From a virus, in the IMG/VR virus record IMGVR_UViG_3300017963_000332, positions 1 through 51,905 of that record: a DNA stretch of 51,905 nucleotides; one strand, given 5' to 3'. Below, one piece after another: positions 26,771-36,511 of this stretch (positions are counted from its first letter, which is position 1; every line of letters starts with the position of its first letter). A program made the position numbers and the translations under genes. The notes under the pieces are model-generated. The model searched no databases, had not been told where the DNA came from, and saw only the letters and a list, made by a program, of their open reading frames with translations.

Positions 26771-27544
26771 ATGAGACCAAGTGAAGAGTACACAATCCAC
26801 GTCCTAGATGACGACGAGTTTGATTTACTTCCAGTCGGGCGTCCCAAAGAAGCACTTGGCATGGCAGATTCAAAGCGTAAAATCGCTTGGGTACGTCGAA
26901 CCAATGTGCGTGACTGGGACATGGAAACGATCAGGCATGAGTTCGACGAGCTTATGTCCAAGACCTCTGCGCATGAGATTGACGGTATACGGTACAAAGG
27001 TCTGCTTGCCGCTCTTGGCAACTTCATTAAAGGCGTTATCACAGCGGTTAAAGCAGGCGGAGCTATTAGTGGAGTAGGGAGCACTGCGGCTAAGGCTGGG
27101 GTCGCCGTAGGTAAAGGGCTCCTTGCCGGAGGTAAGCTCGCGGCAGGTGCTGCAGCCGCAAAGGGAGCGTCAAATCTTGTTTCCACTGGTAACCCGTTTA
27201 AGAGCGGTGCTGCAGTCGCTGCTGAGAAAGCGCGTAACGCGCAGGGACAATTACCCGGCTTTCAGCCTTTGCAGGCGACAACGGCATTTTCTCCGTCACA
27301 AGCTAAGGCAAGTGCGCCTAGTCCACTAAGTGAGCTTGAGTTTAATCAAGGATTGTCGAACATTGACAAGAATCGGCTTAGCCAACGATCAAATATCTTT
27401 AGTCAGTTCCGTGGTCTAGGGAGTCCGACAGAGAACACAGCGTTCTCTAGAGCACTTTCTAATGTTGAGTCTGGTTATAAGACAACGCGCCAACAGTTCA
27501 TTGAAGATCAGGAAGAAAGGAAACGCTTAGCAGGGTTCGACTAA
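26771..27544 (+). CDS. Putative internal virion protein, paralog A (257 aa)
   Basis: AAGGAGAGG RBS. The N-terminal domain carrying HEFDELMSKTSAHEIDGIRYKG is shared with 27899..29212. A Gly/Ala-rich region follows. Confidence 0.5.
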   Translation: MRPSEEYTIHVLDDDEFDLLPVGRPKEALGMADSKRKIAWVRRTNVRDWDMETIRHEFDELMSKTSAHEIDGIRYKGLLAALGNFIKGVITAVKAGGAISGVGSTAAKAGVAVGKGLLAGGKLAAGAAAAKGASNLVSTGNPFKSGAAVAAEKARNAQGQLPGFQPLQATTAFSPSQAKASAPSPLSELEFNQGLSNIDKNRLSQRSNIFSQFRGLGSPTENTAFSRALSNVESGYKTTRQQFIEDQEERKRLAGFD

Positions 27545-27936
27545 TGGATGAGTCACAGAAGCAATATTATCATGATATGCTTTCTCGTGGCAGGGGGACG
27601 CTTGGAATAAAGGACGGACATCTGGTCGGTATCGTGACGTACTTCGTCGGAGATGACGACGAGAAATATCTCACGTGCCACGTGCCATGGACAGTAGTTG
27701 ACGACGATCCGAATGGAACGACATTATATATTGACCAGCTGCTGGTATACAAAGGACGCTCAACAGCTGGATACATACATAGAGAATTTACAAAATTGTT
27801 AAAGGAATTAAAGCAGAAGTTTCCTAATATAAAACGAGTGAAGTGGGTAAGAGTTGGAGCCCAGTTCCGTAAGCACGGCAAAATTGAAGGAGTCACACAT
27901 GGCAAAACAATTCACTGTAAAAATATTACCTTCTGA
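27544..27936 (+). CDS. Possible GNAT-like acetyltransferase (130 aa)
   Basis: TAATG overlap. LYIDQLLVYKGRSTAGYIHREFTKLLKE resembles GNAT motif A. The match is weak and pattern-based. Confidence 0.3.
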   Translation: MDESQKQYYHDMLSRGRGTLGIKDGHLVGIVTYFVGDDDEKYLTCHVPWTVVDDDPNGTTLYIDQLLVYKGRSTAGYIHREFTKLLKELKQKFPNIKRVKWVRVGAQFRKHGKIEGVTHGKTIHCKNITF

Positions 27937-29212
27937 AGACTTCGAGAAGCTGCCATTCAAACGTATTCGGGAGAACCCTGGAAGCGTATTCGGTGCCGCT
28001 GATCACAGGACAGGCATTGCCTATGTACGTGACACGGGCTTCGACGAGTTCACAAAGGCTAATATTGAACACGAGCTCGATGAGCTTATGGCGATGACCT
28101 CTCCTCATGAGGAGGACGGCATCAGGTATAAAGATTTCAGCCAATCATTCGGTAACTTCGGAAGCAGCATCCCTGTTATCGGTAAGGCAGCCGGTCCTAT
28201 CCTAGGAGCAGTCGGGCAAGTTCCCGATCTTATTGGTAAAGGGGTTGGCAAGATAGGAAGTTTGTTTGGTGGAGGGGACAAAACTCCGCAGTTTCAATAT
28301 GATCCGTCTAACGCTATGGGACGCGCGCAACAGTTTGCAGCGTTCCAAGGAGCGCAATCAGGTAGCGCTGTACCGTCTGGGAAGATACCGTTTCAAAAGA
28401 CGTCTCTGTTAGATAATATCTTTAGCGGTGTTAAGCAAGCTGGTTCATCATTCATGAAAGGACTGGGTGGAGGACAGCCTACTGGTGCACAGCCATCAGC
28501 GACGGGACCATCTGTGCCAGGTCCCCAAGGCAATATTTTGGATAATATTTTTACCAACGCTGGTAAAGCTGCTCCAGCTCTAGCTGTGAGCGCTATTGGA
28601 GAATTATTCGCGCCTAAAGTTGACAGGGCAGATGTCAGCGGTATCACAGGTCCGTTAAGAGAACGTATTACAGGAGATGCTCTAAGCCCACTATTTCAAG
28701 AAGGCGCTGGAGAGATTAGACGTGTACTCTCTGCGCCTATCGATGCGCCACCGGAGGAAGCCTTCACGCGTGGCGATCAACTGATTCAAGAGCAGCTTGA
28801 TGACGATATAAAATCATTACAGCAGCAGTTCCAAGCATTGAATCCGGGAGCGAACGTAGAGAACAACAGCGCGTTCCTAGAGGAGCGAAGCCGAATGATA
28901 CGTGACGCTATGGAACGACGTGCTGCGGTCAGAGATGAGATAAGCTTCCAGTTTGAGCGAGAACAGCTGCAGCGCAGGCTACAAGCAACACAGATCGCGT
29001 TGAACTTAGACTCGGCACAAACAGCACAGCTCATACAGCTGGCACAGATGGATGCGGAAGCACTTGGAGTTAACTTAGGTCTTGATGCACAAGATGCACG
29101 GGACTTTAAATCATTGTTTAGTCAGTTCGGGCAGTTGATGGTTGAGGGACAGGACTTTACCGGTAACACGCCGACCGCTCCTCAACAACAACCAGCTCCG
29201 GCAAATGTATAG
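27899..29212 (+). CDS. Putative internal virion protein, paralog B (437 aa)
   Basis: ATG 27899 follows GAAGGAG. Contains HELDELMAMTSPHEEDGIRYKD in the shared N-terminal domain, plus Gly-rich and Gln-rich coiled regions. Confidence 0.5.
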   Translation: MAKQFTVKILPSEDFEKLPFKRIRENPGSVFGAADHRTGIAYVRDTGFDEFTKANIEHELDELMAMTSPHEEDGIRYKDFSQSFGNFGSSIPVIGKAAGPILGAVGQVPDLIGKGVGKIGSLFGGGDKTPQFQYDPSNAMGRAQQFAAFQGAQSGSAVPSGKIPFQKTSLLDNIFSGVKQAGSSFMKGLGGGQPTGAQPSATGPSVPGPQGNILDNIFTNAGKAAPALAVSAIGELFAPKVDRADVSGITGPLRERITGDALSPLFQEGAGEIRRVLSAPIDAPPEEAFTRGDQLIQEQLDDDIKSLQQQFQALNPGANVENNSAFLEERSRMIRDAMERRAAVRDEISFQFEREQLQRRLQATQIALNLDSAQTAQLIQLAQMDAEALGVNLGLDAQDARDFKSLFSQFGQLMVEGQDFTGNTPTAPQQQPAPANV

Positions 29213-29221
29213 GAGGATATA

Positions 29222-29707
29222 ATGGGAGCACTATCAACAGGAATTGCAGCCGGAAAATCACTGAGTACTGGTAATGCGATAGGTGATGTGATCAAAGGTA
29301 TCCTTGAGACAGCACGTGCTAAAGGACTGCTAAACGTACAGGCTCAGGGAAACATCGCGCTGGCTCAAGCGAAAGGACTCGTCGGACAGTCCAAGCCGAT
29401 CGTACAGGTCGATAAATCTGGTATTGCGAAACCCGTTCTTAACGAATTTGGGGACCCCGCTATAGTATCTAAATCGACACGTGTCATTACTCCTCGGGAA
29501 GGGAGGACGGAGTCAGACATAGAGTTTGACAAGATGTTTGCTCAGCGCGTAAGAAATATGGCGGCAAAGCAGGGAAACGTTATTGAAGAGTCCGCTGCTG
29601 GCACAGCTACGCCTGTGTCTAATATAGTCACTCAGGGTGCTGGACAAACCCAGTTATCTGATGAAGAAATTATTAACCAATGGCTGGATAGACTAGAGGA
29701 CCAATAA
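29222..29707 (+). CDS. Hypothetical virion protein (161 aa)
   Basis: TAGGAGGATATA RBS. Confidence 0.55.
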   Translation: MGALSTGIAAGKSLSTGNAIGDVIKGILETARAKGLLNVQAQGNIALAQAKGLVGQSKPIVQVDKSGIAKPVLNEFGDPAIVSKSTRVITPREGRTESDIEFDKMFAQRVRNMAAKQGNVIEESAAGTATPVSNIVTQGAGQTQLSDEEIINQWLDRLEDQ

Positions 29708-32700
29708 ATGGGATTAAATATAAGTCCTGCAACTGTACAACGGCTCAGAAATCTACAGCAGTCTGAAAAGTTCCAGACGTTTTCCCCAGAGACACAACAA
29801 CGTGTGAATGAGCTCAGCATGCAGTTTGACGATGAAGGTAACAAGAAGTTCATAACGCGTGAAGACAGATTTCTGGAGAACCCCAGCCTTACAAGTCTCG
29901 CTAAGACTGGACTGTTACAGGTGCCTATCCTAGGAAGCTCGCTCTCCGCTAAGACAGAACGCAACGTTAATCCGTTCGGTATTGCTGGAACTATTCAGTC
30001 AGGTATGGCTAACGTTCAGAAGAATATAGCAGAACGTCCTCCCGTCGAGATACGTGAGCCTGCCGGACCAGTCACGCCTATAACTCAGTTGACGACAGGG
30101 GCACGTGCTCTTGGAGCAAACCTTCTTGACAGTGCTAGTACCATTGTTCCTAGCTTCATGGAAGGAGCTTCTGCGCCACGTGGTGCGGTACAATCCCCGC
30201 TTGGTGTTGAGGCAATGAAGGAACGTGACATCTCCGAGTTCATGAGCCCTGAAGACTTACAAGATCTCCAAGAAGGTAAGGGTCTTCCTATACTTAAGGC
30301 AACCTTTAAATCAACAGCGAATGATCTGGCTGGGTTGATCAATGACGCAGCACTTGATGCTGGTATGAATGCTATGTGGTTTGGCACGGTACCTGCTATG
30401 CGTGCTGGTGCTGTTCGGTTCATGCACCTTCCCATTGGACAACAGTTGGCTAAGGCTGTTAAGGTTGTTGACGCGATCGCAAAGACTGAAGGACCGCTTA
30501 CAAAGGGATACGCGCAACGGTTCGTGTGGGAGATGAACAATAGCATGCGCAACATGGTGGCGCAAAGTCTTAAGAGCGGCTTGACACGTGCCGCGCAAAA
30601 AGGAACTGTCGTCGGTATTGATCCGAAGTATAAAGGATTCTTGTCTGATATATTCCCAGAGTACGCATCTATTGATGGAGTACCAATACAAATCGGTATG
30701 GGCGGAGCATCCGCCGGACAGCTCCCGTCTCCTATGGATGTCGCTCCACAAGCCCCGTTGCAAGGACCGATACAATCTCTTCAAGCAGCGTCGCAACCTG
30801 TTGGCGGTAAATTACCTCCGTTTGATGAGGTGGCTGCATCGCAGGCAATAGCGGCAATGGCAAACGAGCCCCCCGTCGGTGCTGGAACAGCAGCTCCGCT
30901 AGGTACGCCTGCAGCTCCTGTCGGCAAGACCGTTAAGAAGCCTATGATGAAACCCGTTCCTCCGGATCTTGGCATATCGCAGGAGACCTTCAATAAATTT
31001 GTAGACATTATGCAGGACGTTCCTCCTGAGCTTGTAGAGATGGTACACAGAGCTAGTAAAAAGTTGAACGAGCCTTTGAATAAAACGTTAGACACGCTTA
31101 TTGACATAGCCAAAAAAGACCTCGCAGATCCTAACTATAGCAAGAGCACGCCTAAAGAAGAGCTCCCGCAGATAATAAAAGAGCTCGAAAGCATAAAGAA
31201 GGCTAATGAATTGGTGACGCAAGAAACAGAAGGAGCGTCTAAAGATTTATTAACACAAATGAAGAGCGATATTGCGGAAATTGCTAAAGATTCAGGTAAG
31301 TCTGTTGGACAGGTGATAAACGATCTCATTGCTAAAGGAAAGTCTGACCTTACTAAAGTTCCTGATGGACTAAAACCGGGCGTGCAAAAAATACTGAACA
31401 ATCTTAAGCAGATTAATAAAGACTTACTTACAGGCAAACTTGCAGAGCAAGACCAGCTTAAAAGTAAAATAGCGGATATGGAAAAGGAAAAAATCATTCC
31501 GCAGTTTAAGAAGGGCATAAAAATAAATGCAAAAAAGCGAGGGACATCTTTTGAACAAGAAGTAGCACGTGCTAAACAGGCAGCTATAAAAAAGTATGGT
31601 GCGGATAGTGTAAAAGCTAAAAAAATATCGGAACTTTTAGATAGAGCAGTAGCAGAGCTTCAAGCAGAACAGAAGACACCGCTTGAAGAAGGCATGCAGA
31701 AGAGCAAACCAATGGCAGTCCCGGACGATATAATGGACCTCCCACAAGCTTTTGATGATTTAGGAGCTATGGATTTAGACGAGCTCAAGGGAACGCTAAA
31801 GGCGTTGCAGGACAGTAAAGCTCCGAGCGGTATGATCGACGCTGTTAAGAAGCTCATCGCTGAAAAATCTAAACCGATGACACCGCTTGAAGAAGGCATG
31901 CAGAAGAGCATGGAGCACGCTAAAAATATCCTTAAGGATTTGTCGCCAGAAGATTTACAAGATCTGAAGAAAGGTCCAACGTCTCCTGCTATGAAGAAAG
32001 CTATTGATGCGGAGCTCGCATCACGTAAGAATAGACCGCTGACGAAAGATGAGATAGAAAAAGCAAAGGGATTTGTTGAAGATTGGTTCAAGACATTTAA
32101 GCAAGACCTAAGCAAGAGTGCTAAAGCTAACAAGCGCTCCGTCAAACAAGAGATTGAGGCGCTCAAGAAAGATCTTCAAGGTCAAATTAAGAAGGGAGAG
32201 ATTGACGCGTTCCAAGCTAACGTGGCACGTCGCATGTTGCTCAAGCTTGAGGAACTTGAAGGATTGATCGCAAAACGCGAGGGCAAAAAATTACCCATTC
32301 CAAAAAAATCCAAGCCCAAGACTAGTACTAGTAAAGATACTATTATTAAAGGGGACAAGCCATTTAAGTTCTCAGACATGGCAGGGGAGAAAATACCACC
32401 AGATGAGCCGGGTGTTGTTAGCGATCCTAAAGTAATGAAAAGTGCCGCAGGATACTATGTAGGGACTGATTTTACACACCCAGACGGATTTGTGGAGCCC
32501 AATACACGTGACTCGGGTTACTTCAAAACAAAAGAAGCTGCTGAAAAACATTTGAAAGAAGCGTTTGGAGTACCCGCAGAACAGCCCAAAATATCTAAGA
32601 GCGATCTTATCCGGAGAGCAAAGAATGTTCTAGGACGTTTCAACAAACTTCCTGATGCTCTGAAAAATAAAAACAAGTTCATAGGTGAGACGTTACAAAC

Positions 32701-35700
32701 GCTACTTGATAAAGGTATTACTGACAAAGCAGACGCATTGGATATAATTGACACGCAGCTAAAACACGTTAACGCGCTCGAAGCTAAAGCAAAGAAGCCG
32801 TTTACGTTTGAGGGACTTACTGCGGAAGAGGCAGCCAAAGCTGAAGAAGTAGGGAAAACTATAGAAGAAATAAAGAAACAACTTCCAAAAACTACTCCTG
32901 AGACAGATGACCTTCTTCAGATAGGAGCTGATTTTGATTCAGCTGCATCTGATTTGAAAGCACTCAATGATGCTGAACTTGCTAAATTTATTGAGCTGAT
33001 GAAGAAAACAAAAAATCCGGAAGCTATTAATGCAGCTCTGAAAGAGCAGGCACGTCGTAAGAAAGTTCCTACTGCATTAGAAGAAGGTATCAAGAAACCA
33101 AAGAAGAAGTTCTCTCTTGCTGATCAAACTGAAGTTCCTGCGGAAGGATCCGGTAAATTCACGGTCACGAAAGATGGGAAACCGGTCGGAAGTCCACTCG
33201 CTACTCTTCAAGGAGCACAGTCTCAGGCGAACGCGCTTAACAAGCTTACCCCTGCGGATACGAAATACGAGGCACGTGAATTGACGAAAGAGGAGCTTGC
33301 CTCGAAGCAACAACAGGTTAAGAAACAAAAAGTTAAGAAGAAAAAAGCTGTTAAGGCTAAAAAAGAAAAGGTTCCTAAAAAAGCTGAGAAGACTCCTCTA
33401 GAAGAAGGCATTGAGAAAACTGTCGCTCCGCCAAGCAAAACTCCTGTCAGCTTGAGCCCTAAAGATGCCGATAAACTTCTAGGGAAAGAGGTCATTAAAG
33501 GTAAAAAGGTGACGCAAGGGGTTGTTGACGCGGTTAAGAACTTCCTTAAAGCTGAACGCAAGTCTAAGATGCTTACAAAAATGCTTGAGGGAGGTAAGAC
33601 GCTCGAGACTGAAGCGAAACGTAAGGCTATGCAAAACTCACAGCTCGCGTTGGAAGATCTACGTGACACGATAAAAGAAGAAATGGGCGTGAAGTCAGAT
33701 AACTTTGCGATCAAAGTTATTAACAAGATTCTGAATTATCTCCGTGATCTGCAGCCGGGTTTATCTATCTTTGACGTCGGAAAAAATAAGAAACCGATTG
33801 ACGTCGGTCCATTCTTTAAAAAGATGAGTAAGATGATCAGCAAGAAGACGCGTGCGTTGCGTATGAAGAAGTTCAAAGTGGCACGTGAGAAAGCGTTCTC
33901 GTTGATCCTTAAGGAGAACATCAAGGACATCGTAAAGTCCGCTAAGGACATGGGCATATCCGTTGAGGAGTTCATCCTTGCTAACAAGAGCGCCTTCCCT
34001 AATGCGCCACGGTCACTGGCAAGTCTGCAGAACGCGTTACGTCGCACATTTGTAGACGTCCCAGTTGACGTAAAGAACCTGTCCAAAAACGACATAGTTC
34101 AGTTCAAACCAGCTATAACAACGGCTGGTAAGAAAGCCGGTGACGTAGGCGTCGTTGAGGAAGTAGGTAAGACTATTAAAGTAAGGTTCAAGAACGGGAT
34201 AGCGGAGTATACCCCAGAAGAAGCTGCTAAGTTTTTACGTGAATCAGGGTCGGTGCTTAAGCTTAAGGACCTTCCTAGAAGAAAGCTCCCTAAAGTTGTA
34301 GCAGATATATTGGCGAAGAATCCAAAGCATCAGCAGCTTGCTGAGGTTGCTAATGCGGCTATTGAGGCTGCGCTTAAAGATCCTAAGAACCCTATTCTTC
34401 AGTTAGAAGCGACACAACTCACACAAAAATTAGTCCAAGCTTTGACTGAGAAGGTGATAGACGTCAATGATATTGCTTCCATAGCACGTGATCACGGACT
34501 CACGTCCGGGGAAATAATGCGAGAGCTCGTCGTCAGCCTACGAACTAAGTCAACAGAAGCTGGTGAAACACTAAACATTCTCTCTCAACTTCAGAAAAAA
34601 CTGAAGCGAATCCTTAGCCCCGAGGAGCTCTCGCAGTTATTCCCTGAAGGAGAACCTGTCAAACTAACCCCCAACAAGCGGTTCATGTATCGTGTCGGGA
34701 ACCATATAAATAAGACAGCTAACCTCTTCAAAGGGTTCCTTACCTCTCAATTCAAAACAGCAGCACGTAACGCATTTGTTCAGGGATCCGTGGCACTTGG
34801 CGAGTATATCAATCAACTTGCTATAACAGCATACCAAAAGATAAGCGGAACCGGAATACGTGGCAAAGAGTTCGCTGGAGTAGAGGCGTATAATGAAGCT
34901 GTGCAGGGAGCTCTTCATGATATTGTTTCTTTTGTGAGCAATCTTAGAAAGTTAAAGCTAGGAAGGGATAAGGAACGTGCGCTGCTGAAACTGCTCAACG
35001 AGTTTACTCTAGATAGGAAGAACTTGTTTGGTCAGCCGATACATGACGTTGTTGTTAACAAAGGTATCGTGAGGATCATTAACGCGGCGAACATCCTACA
35101 GGAGACAATGTACCGTACACTGTTTGTGGAAGCCGAGTTAGCTAAGTTCGCAAAGCAGCACGGTACATCATTGCAGGATATAAAGTTCTTTAGACAGCAC
35201 GCTGACATCGTGTCAGAGAAAGTGGAAATAGCTCTCAAGAACACGTTTGCAAGCAATCTGCAGAACTCTATATTCGCTGGCGACCTCATAAAATTCTTAC
35301 GTAAGTTCCCGGCTGTAGGCTTTATGGTTGGTAATCCTTTCTTAAGATTTATGTTCAATGCGTACGACATGATCATTCGTAAGAGCCCCATACCACTTAC
35401 CAATTTCTTGAGCCCAGAGTATCAGAGAAAGATTCAAGGTCCTAATAACGAAGAGCAAGTGAAGACATTGGTGAACGCTTTACAAGGCACGTTGTTCTTA
35501 GCAGCTGCTATGGCACTCAGGTCTGACAAGCTTGCTGGTCCGAAGTTCTATCAGATAGACGTTACCCCTTGGGACAAAACGGATGACAAGTTCTGGGACA
35601 CGCGTCCCTTTGCACCAATTCCTCAGTACCTATTTGCCGTCGAGCTAGCGAAGAACATGATGGGTAACAAGGAACAGACAACACTTACGTCCACTGACAT

Positions 35701-36511
35701 GATACAGGCAGTCGTTTCCATATCACGTCTTGCTGGTACGGGATTGGTTGGTCTAGACATGCTACGCGCAGAGCCATTTAAGGAGAAGCAATCGCCAGAG
35801 CAGTCAAGAAAACGGCTTAGCCGTATGGCGCTCAGCTTTGCTGGTCAGATACTTTCTGCTCCGACGGTACCGTTATCACAGTTCCAAGATATTATAGGCG
35901 CATTTGATCCTGCAGAGAACACATACAAGAGCACGCAAACGAATCCGCTCTTTGGTCCGTCGATAAATAACATCCCGTGGCTAAAGAGAATGCTTCCTGA
36001 TCTACAGCAGGTAGGAAGGTCTAAACCACAGCAACCTAGCAGGATGGAAGGGTTGGTAGAGTTCGGTACAGGGTTCCGTATCCAACGCGTTACGGAGTTC
36101 GAGCAGGTGCTTGCGAGACACGGGCTGAGCGGTGTTCGTCCGGGAACGGGAGACCCTGCGCTTGACCAACGTATCATTGGTGAGATGAACTCTGAAGAAG
36201 CGCAGAAAGTATTCCGAACATTGATCAACGATCCTCTGTTTAAGAATGAAACAGACCGTAAGGTAAAGAGAGACATGCTGGCTCAGTGGATGAGCACAGC
36301 ATTTAAAGAGGCTAAGGAAGGATTAATGGCGCTTGACCAAGAGTCGTCTGAGTTCTTAATTGAAAGGAAAATAGAACGTAAGATGACTGCGTTCAACAAG
36401 AAGTTTGCGGATAAGCTGATGGACATGACGCTTAAGTTGCTAGAGAAGAGGAAGGACACCACATTTAGTCGGGGAAAACAAAAGGTTCTTTCTCAGCCCA
36501 ATTTGAAGTAG
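29708..36511 (+). CDS. Giant (2267 aa) putative internal virion/ejection protein with a long Lys/Glu-rich helical middle
   Basis: Single uninterrupted ORF that ends the rightward arm. Carries repeated TPLEEG[MI] and SPEDLQDL motifs. Function inferred from size and position. Confidence 0.5.
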   Translation: MGLNISPATVQRLRNLQQSEKFQTFSPETQQRVNELSMQFDDEGNKKFITREDRFLENPSLTSLAKTGLLQVPILGSSLSAKTERNVNPFGIAGTIQSGMANVQKNIAERPPVEIREPAGPVTPITQLTTGARALGANLLDSASTIVPSFMEGASAPRGAVQSPLGVEAMKERDISEFMSPEDLQDLQEGKGLPILKATFKSTANDLAGLINDAALDAGMNAMWFGTVPAMRAGAVRFMHLPIGQQLAKAVKVVDAIAKTEGPLTKGYAQRFVWEMNNSMRNMVAQSLKSGLTRAAQKGTVVGIDPKYKGFLSDIFPEYASIDGVPIQIGMGGASAGQLPSPMDVAPQAPLQGPIQSLQAASQPVGGKLPPFDEVAASQAIAAMANEPPVGAGTAAPLGTPAAPVGKTVKKPMMKPVPPDLGISQETFNKFVDIMQDVPPELVEMVHRASKKLNEPLNKTLDTLIDIAKKDLADPNYSKSTPKEELPQIIKELESIKKANELVTQETEGASKDLLTQMKSDIAEIAKDSGKSVGQVINDLIAKGKSDLTKVPDGLKPGVQKILNNLKQINKDLLTGKLAEQDQLKSKIADMEKEKIIPQFKKGIKINAKKRGTSFEQEVARAKQAAIKKYGADSVKAKKISELLDRAVAELQAEQKTPLEEGMQKSKPMAVPDDIMDLPQAFDDLGAMDLDELKGTLKALQDSKAPSGMIDAVKKLIAEKSKPMTPLEEGMQKSMEHAKNILKDLSPEDLQDLKKGPTSPAMKKAIDAELASRKNRPLTKDEIEKAKGFVEDWFKTFKQDLSKSAKANKRSVKQEIEALKKDLQGQIKKGEIDAFQANVARRMLLKLEELEGLIAKREGKKLPIPKKSKPKTSTSKDTIIKGDKPFKFSDMAGEKIPPDEPGVVSDPKVMKSAAGYYVGTDFTHPDGFVEPNTRDSGYFKTKEAAEKHLKEAFGVPAEQPKISKSDLIRRAKNVLGRFNKLPDALKNKNKFIGETLQTLLDKGITDKADALDIIDTQLKHVNALEAKAKKPFTFEGLTAEEAAKAEEVGKTIEEIKKQLPKTTPETDDLLQIGADFDSAASDLKALNDAELAKFIELMKKTKNPEAINAALKEQARRKKVPTALEEGIKKPKKKFSLADQTEVPAEGSGKFTVTKDGKPVGSPLATLQGAQSQANALNKLTPADTKYEARELTKEELASKQQQVKKQKVKKKKAVKAKKEKVPKKAEKTPLEEGIEKTVAPPSKTPVSLSPKDADKLLGKEVIKGKKVTQGVVDAVKNFLKAERKSKMLTKMLEGGKTLETEAKRKAMQNSQLALEDLRDTIKEEMGVKSDNFAIKVINKILNYLRDLQPGLSIFDVGKNKKPIDVGPFFKKMSKMISKKTRALRMKKFKVAREKAFSLILKENIKDIVKSAKDMGISVEEFILANKSAFPNAPRSLASLQNALRRTFVDVPVDVKNLSKNDIVQFKPAITTAGKKAGDVGVVEEVGKTIKVRFKNGIAEYTPEEAAKFLRESGSVLKLKDLPRRKLPKVVADILAKNPKHQQLAEVANAAIEAALKDPKNPILQLEATQLTQKLVQALTEKVIDVNDIASIARDHGLTSGEIMRELVVSLRTKSTEAGETLNILSQLQKKLKRILSPEELSQLFPEGEPVKLTPNKRFMYRVGNHINKTANLFKGFLTSQFKTAARNAFVQGSVALGEYINQLAITAYQKISGTGIRGKEFAGVEAYNEAVQGALHDIVSFVSNLRKLKLGRDKERALLKLLNEFTLDRKNLFGQPIHDVVVNKGIVRIINAANILQETMYRTLFVEAELAKFAKQHGTSLQDIKFFRQHADIVSEKVEIALKNTFASNLQNSIFAGDLIKFLRKFPAVGFMVGNPFLRFMFNAYDMIIRKSPIPLTNFLSPEYQRKIQGPNNEEQVKTLVNALQGTLFLAAAMALRSDKLAGPKFYQIDVTPWDKTDDKFWDTRPFAPIPQYLFAVELAKNMMGNKEQTTLTSTDMIQAVVSISRLAGTGLVGLDMLRAEPFKEKQSPEQSRKRLSRMALSFAGQILSAPTVPLSQFQDIIGAFDPAENTYKSTQTNPLFGPSINNIPWLKRMLPDLQQVGRSKPQQPSRMEGLVEFGTGFRIQRVTEFEQVLARHGLSGVRPGTGDPALDQRIIGEMNSEEAQKVFRTLINDPLFKNETDRKVKRDMLAQWMSTAFKEAKEGLMALDQESSEFLIERKIERKMTAFNKKFADKLMDMTLKLLEKRKDTTFSRGKQKVLSQPNLK

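Noticed and set aside
26725-27186. 153-aa Ala/Pro-rich minus-strand ORF
   Set aside because: It is the antisense shadow of the Gly/Ala-rich region of 26771..27544, on the wrong strand for this arm and with no RBS.
30085-33726. Several 150-170-aa minus-strand ORFs (30085..30555, 30311..30796, 31660..32166, 33223..33726)
   Set aside because: All are nested antisense within the uninterrupted 2267-aa gene. Their low-complexity Ser/Leu/Phe-rich translations are typical of antisense Lys/Glu-rich coding DNA.
29708-36511. Tape measure protein of a long-tailed phage
   Set aside because: No tail tube, sheath or frameshifted chaperone pair was seen, and 2267 aa would imply an implausibly long tail. 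Its position after the adaptor/nozzle-like genes fits an internal or ejection protein better. This is not excluded without searches.
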